Assembly (NCBI GenBank): GCA_013265495.1
Contig: MU058836.1
Span: forward strand, 62,001-126,000
Length of the DNA: 64,000 nt
Reading direction: 5' to 3'
Source of the DNA: Vicugna vicugna
Lineage: Eukaryota
The notes below the pieces were generated by a model. It saw only the letters and a program-made list of their open reading frames with translations, was not told the DNA's origin and ran no database searches. A program made the translations under genes and the position numbers. Shown here piece by piece: positions 62,251 to 64,000 of this stretch; position 1 is the stretch's first letter, and each line of letters begins with the position of its first letter.

Positions 62251-64000
62251 TACGATGAGAAAGATACCATCCTCTTTGTGTTTCTTACAGGAAGTCTCTA
62301 CCATTCTACCTGCTTTGACTTCTGTTACTGGTATGCCATTCACAGGATCACAGATTAGTCATGGGAGACCAGAAAAAAGCTAACCAGCATGCAAAAATGT
62401 AGGAAAACACAGTAATAGACGATCCGATCTGAGAATGCAGATCTCGCTGATGAGGATAAGATTAAATTGTTTCCACCAAATGAGTCAACGTCAATAAGAT
62501 TATCAATTTGATGGAATAGTTGCAATGTTGCTCTTAAAACCCAACAAACTAGAATGCTATATTGGCTTAAAATATAACAATGAAAACAATGAGGGTATTT
62601 TGAACCCATGTTCTAGATCAGAAGTGCATTCATTATGAGGAACAACCTAGCTGACTTAGGACATACGACCAAAGAAGTGTGTATCTTTACCAGGAAGTCA
62701 TCCCTGGGCAGAAACAGGTAAGAAATAGTCAAATGAATGGAGAACATCAATCAGAAGAGAAACACAAAGACCTTATTTGCAGACATTTCTGCATCTCACC
62801 TCCCACCACTTGGGGCAGTGTGTTTTCTTGACCCCTTTTAGAGACAGGCCATTGAAAATTCAGTTATGTCACACATTTAAGGTCACTAAACAGACAAATG
62901 GCAAATCTGTGGTTACTGCCTTCCATTTTTCTATAGAAGAATCCTAAGTTTTAGGCAAAGTTTTGGCCTTATCACCAGTCTCCAAATCTGTCTTTCTTCC
63001 TCCTGCCCCTGTGCCTTTGCCCCAGGCCCTCTCTTCTACTAGGATTCCCTTCTTAATATAACTTAACGAGCACTTCGGCAAATATAAGCTAAATCCTCCC
63101 CCAAATCTGAGGTTGGTGTCACCATGCCCATTTTACAGATGAAGCTAACTGTTAAGACCTCACAGTCATACAGCCATTGAACCAAGGTCAAAAGCTTTGG
63201 AGCAACCCTCTTCCAAAGCTGTTTGCAACATATTTTTGTAAACCCATTCCCATGGCACACCTCAAGATTCTCCTGAAAGCATCTTGACACCCCCCGCCTG
63301 CCTCTGTGAGAAGGAGATCCCTGTCTCCTCAACATGTCCATGGCCTGTGGTTACAGCGCTTTAGTCACAAGCAGTAATAATTAGCTGATTGCTCCTTTTC
63401 CTACATGTCTAGAGATGGCAACTTCTTTGGGGGGGGGCTTATGTATATTTCTATCTTATCTACGAATTCAATGCTATTTCCCCTGAGAACCTTATTTCAA
63501 GTATTCAAGGAAGTCAGAGAAACCTAGGGTCATCTTCAGCATCCCTGGTCATAAGTTGATTACTTAAAACTACATAAAAACTGATGCAAACACTAATGTA
63601 ATGCATTAATTATTGCCCCCCCAATCTAGCTTTCATACACAGTTACAGTTGATATTAAATTCATGGAAGAAACTTAAAGACCCCCAACATGACTAAACTG
63701 AGTAAATCTGTGGTCCACATTAGGCTGGAGGCCCAAGTCAAAAAGTTTTCCTACTCTTAAAATGTAACTCAGCTCAATCCCAGACGCAGTCATGCTTAAT
63801 GAACATGTATTTGATTGGTGGATGGAATGACACATGGAGACATTAACACACGAAGAATAGATGAATGAATACATGAAGAAATACAGAAATAATGCTTCTT
63901 TTTAGCCATGACTTCTGAGGAATATTAATAATAAATATGTAAACCAAACAAAATAATCCAAACAATGTCATCCCGGGTAACCTGTCTACAAACAAAGCAT

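Noticed and set aside
1..64000. CRISPR arrays, operons, prokaryotic defence systems, rRNA
   Set aside because: The sequence is mammalian and TE-rich; no repeat-spacer periodicity, dense coding or rRNA motifs seen

Overview
Mammalian nuclear DNA, most likely a camelid (two tRNA-derived Vic-1-type SINEs plus cetartiodactyl-type L1 and MER41-like LTR). It reads as intergenic or deep intronic sequence. Much of the window is transposable-element relics: two 5'-truncated lineage L1s of about 3 kb, older L1M/L1ME, L2, MIR, MaLR/ERVL/ERV1 solo LTRs, and Tigger/Charlie DNA elements, often nested. I recognise no host protein-coding gene, RNA gene or CRISPR array. The only recognisable protein fragments are broken L1 ORF1/ORF2. 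I did not find a convincing new biological system. The best leads are: a perfect DR5 nuclear-receptor element in unique DNA; a MER41-like LTR with an intact GAS motif; two atypical L1 insertions; a repeat-poor island at about 23.5-28 kb with a speculative divergent pair of spliced transcripts; and several short fold-back inverted repeats. Repeat subfamily names come from recalled consensus sequences and need RepeatMasker/Dfam confirmation. Boundaries of old elements are approximate.
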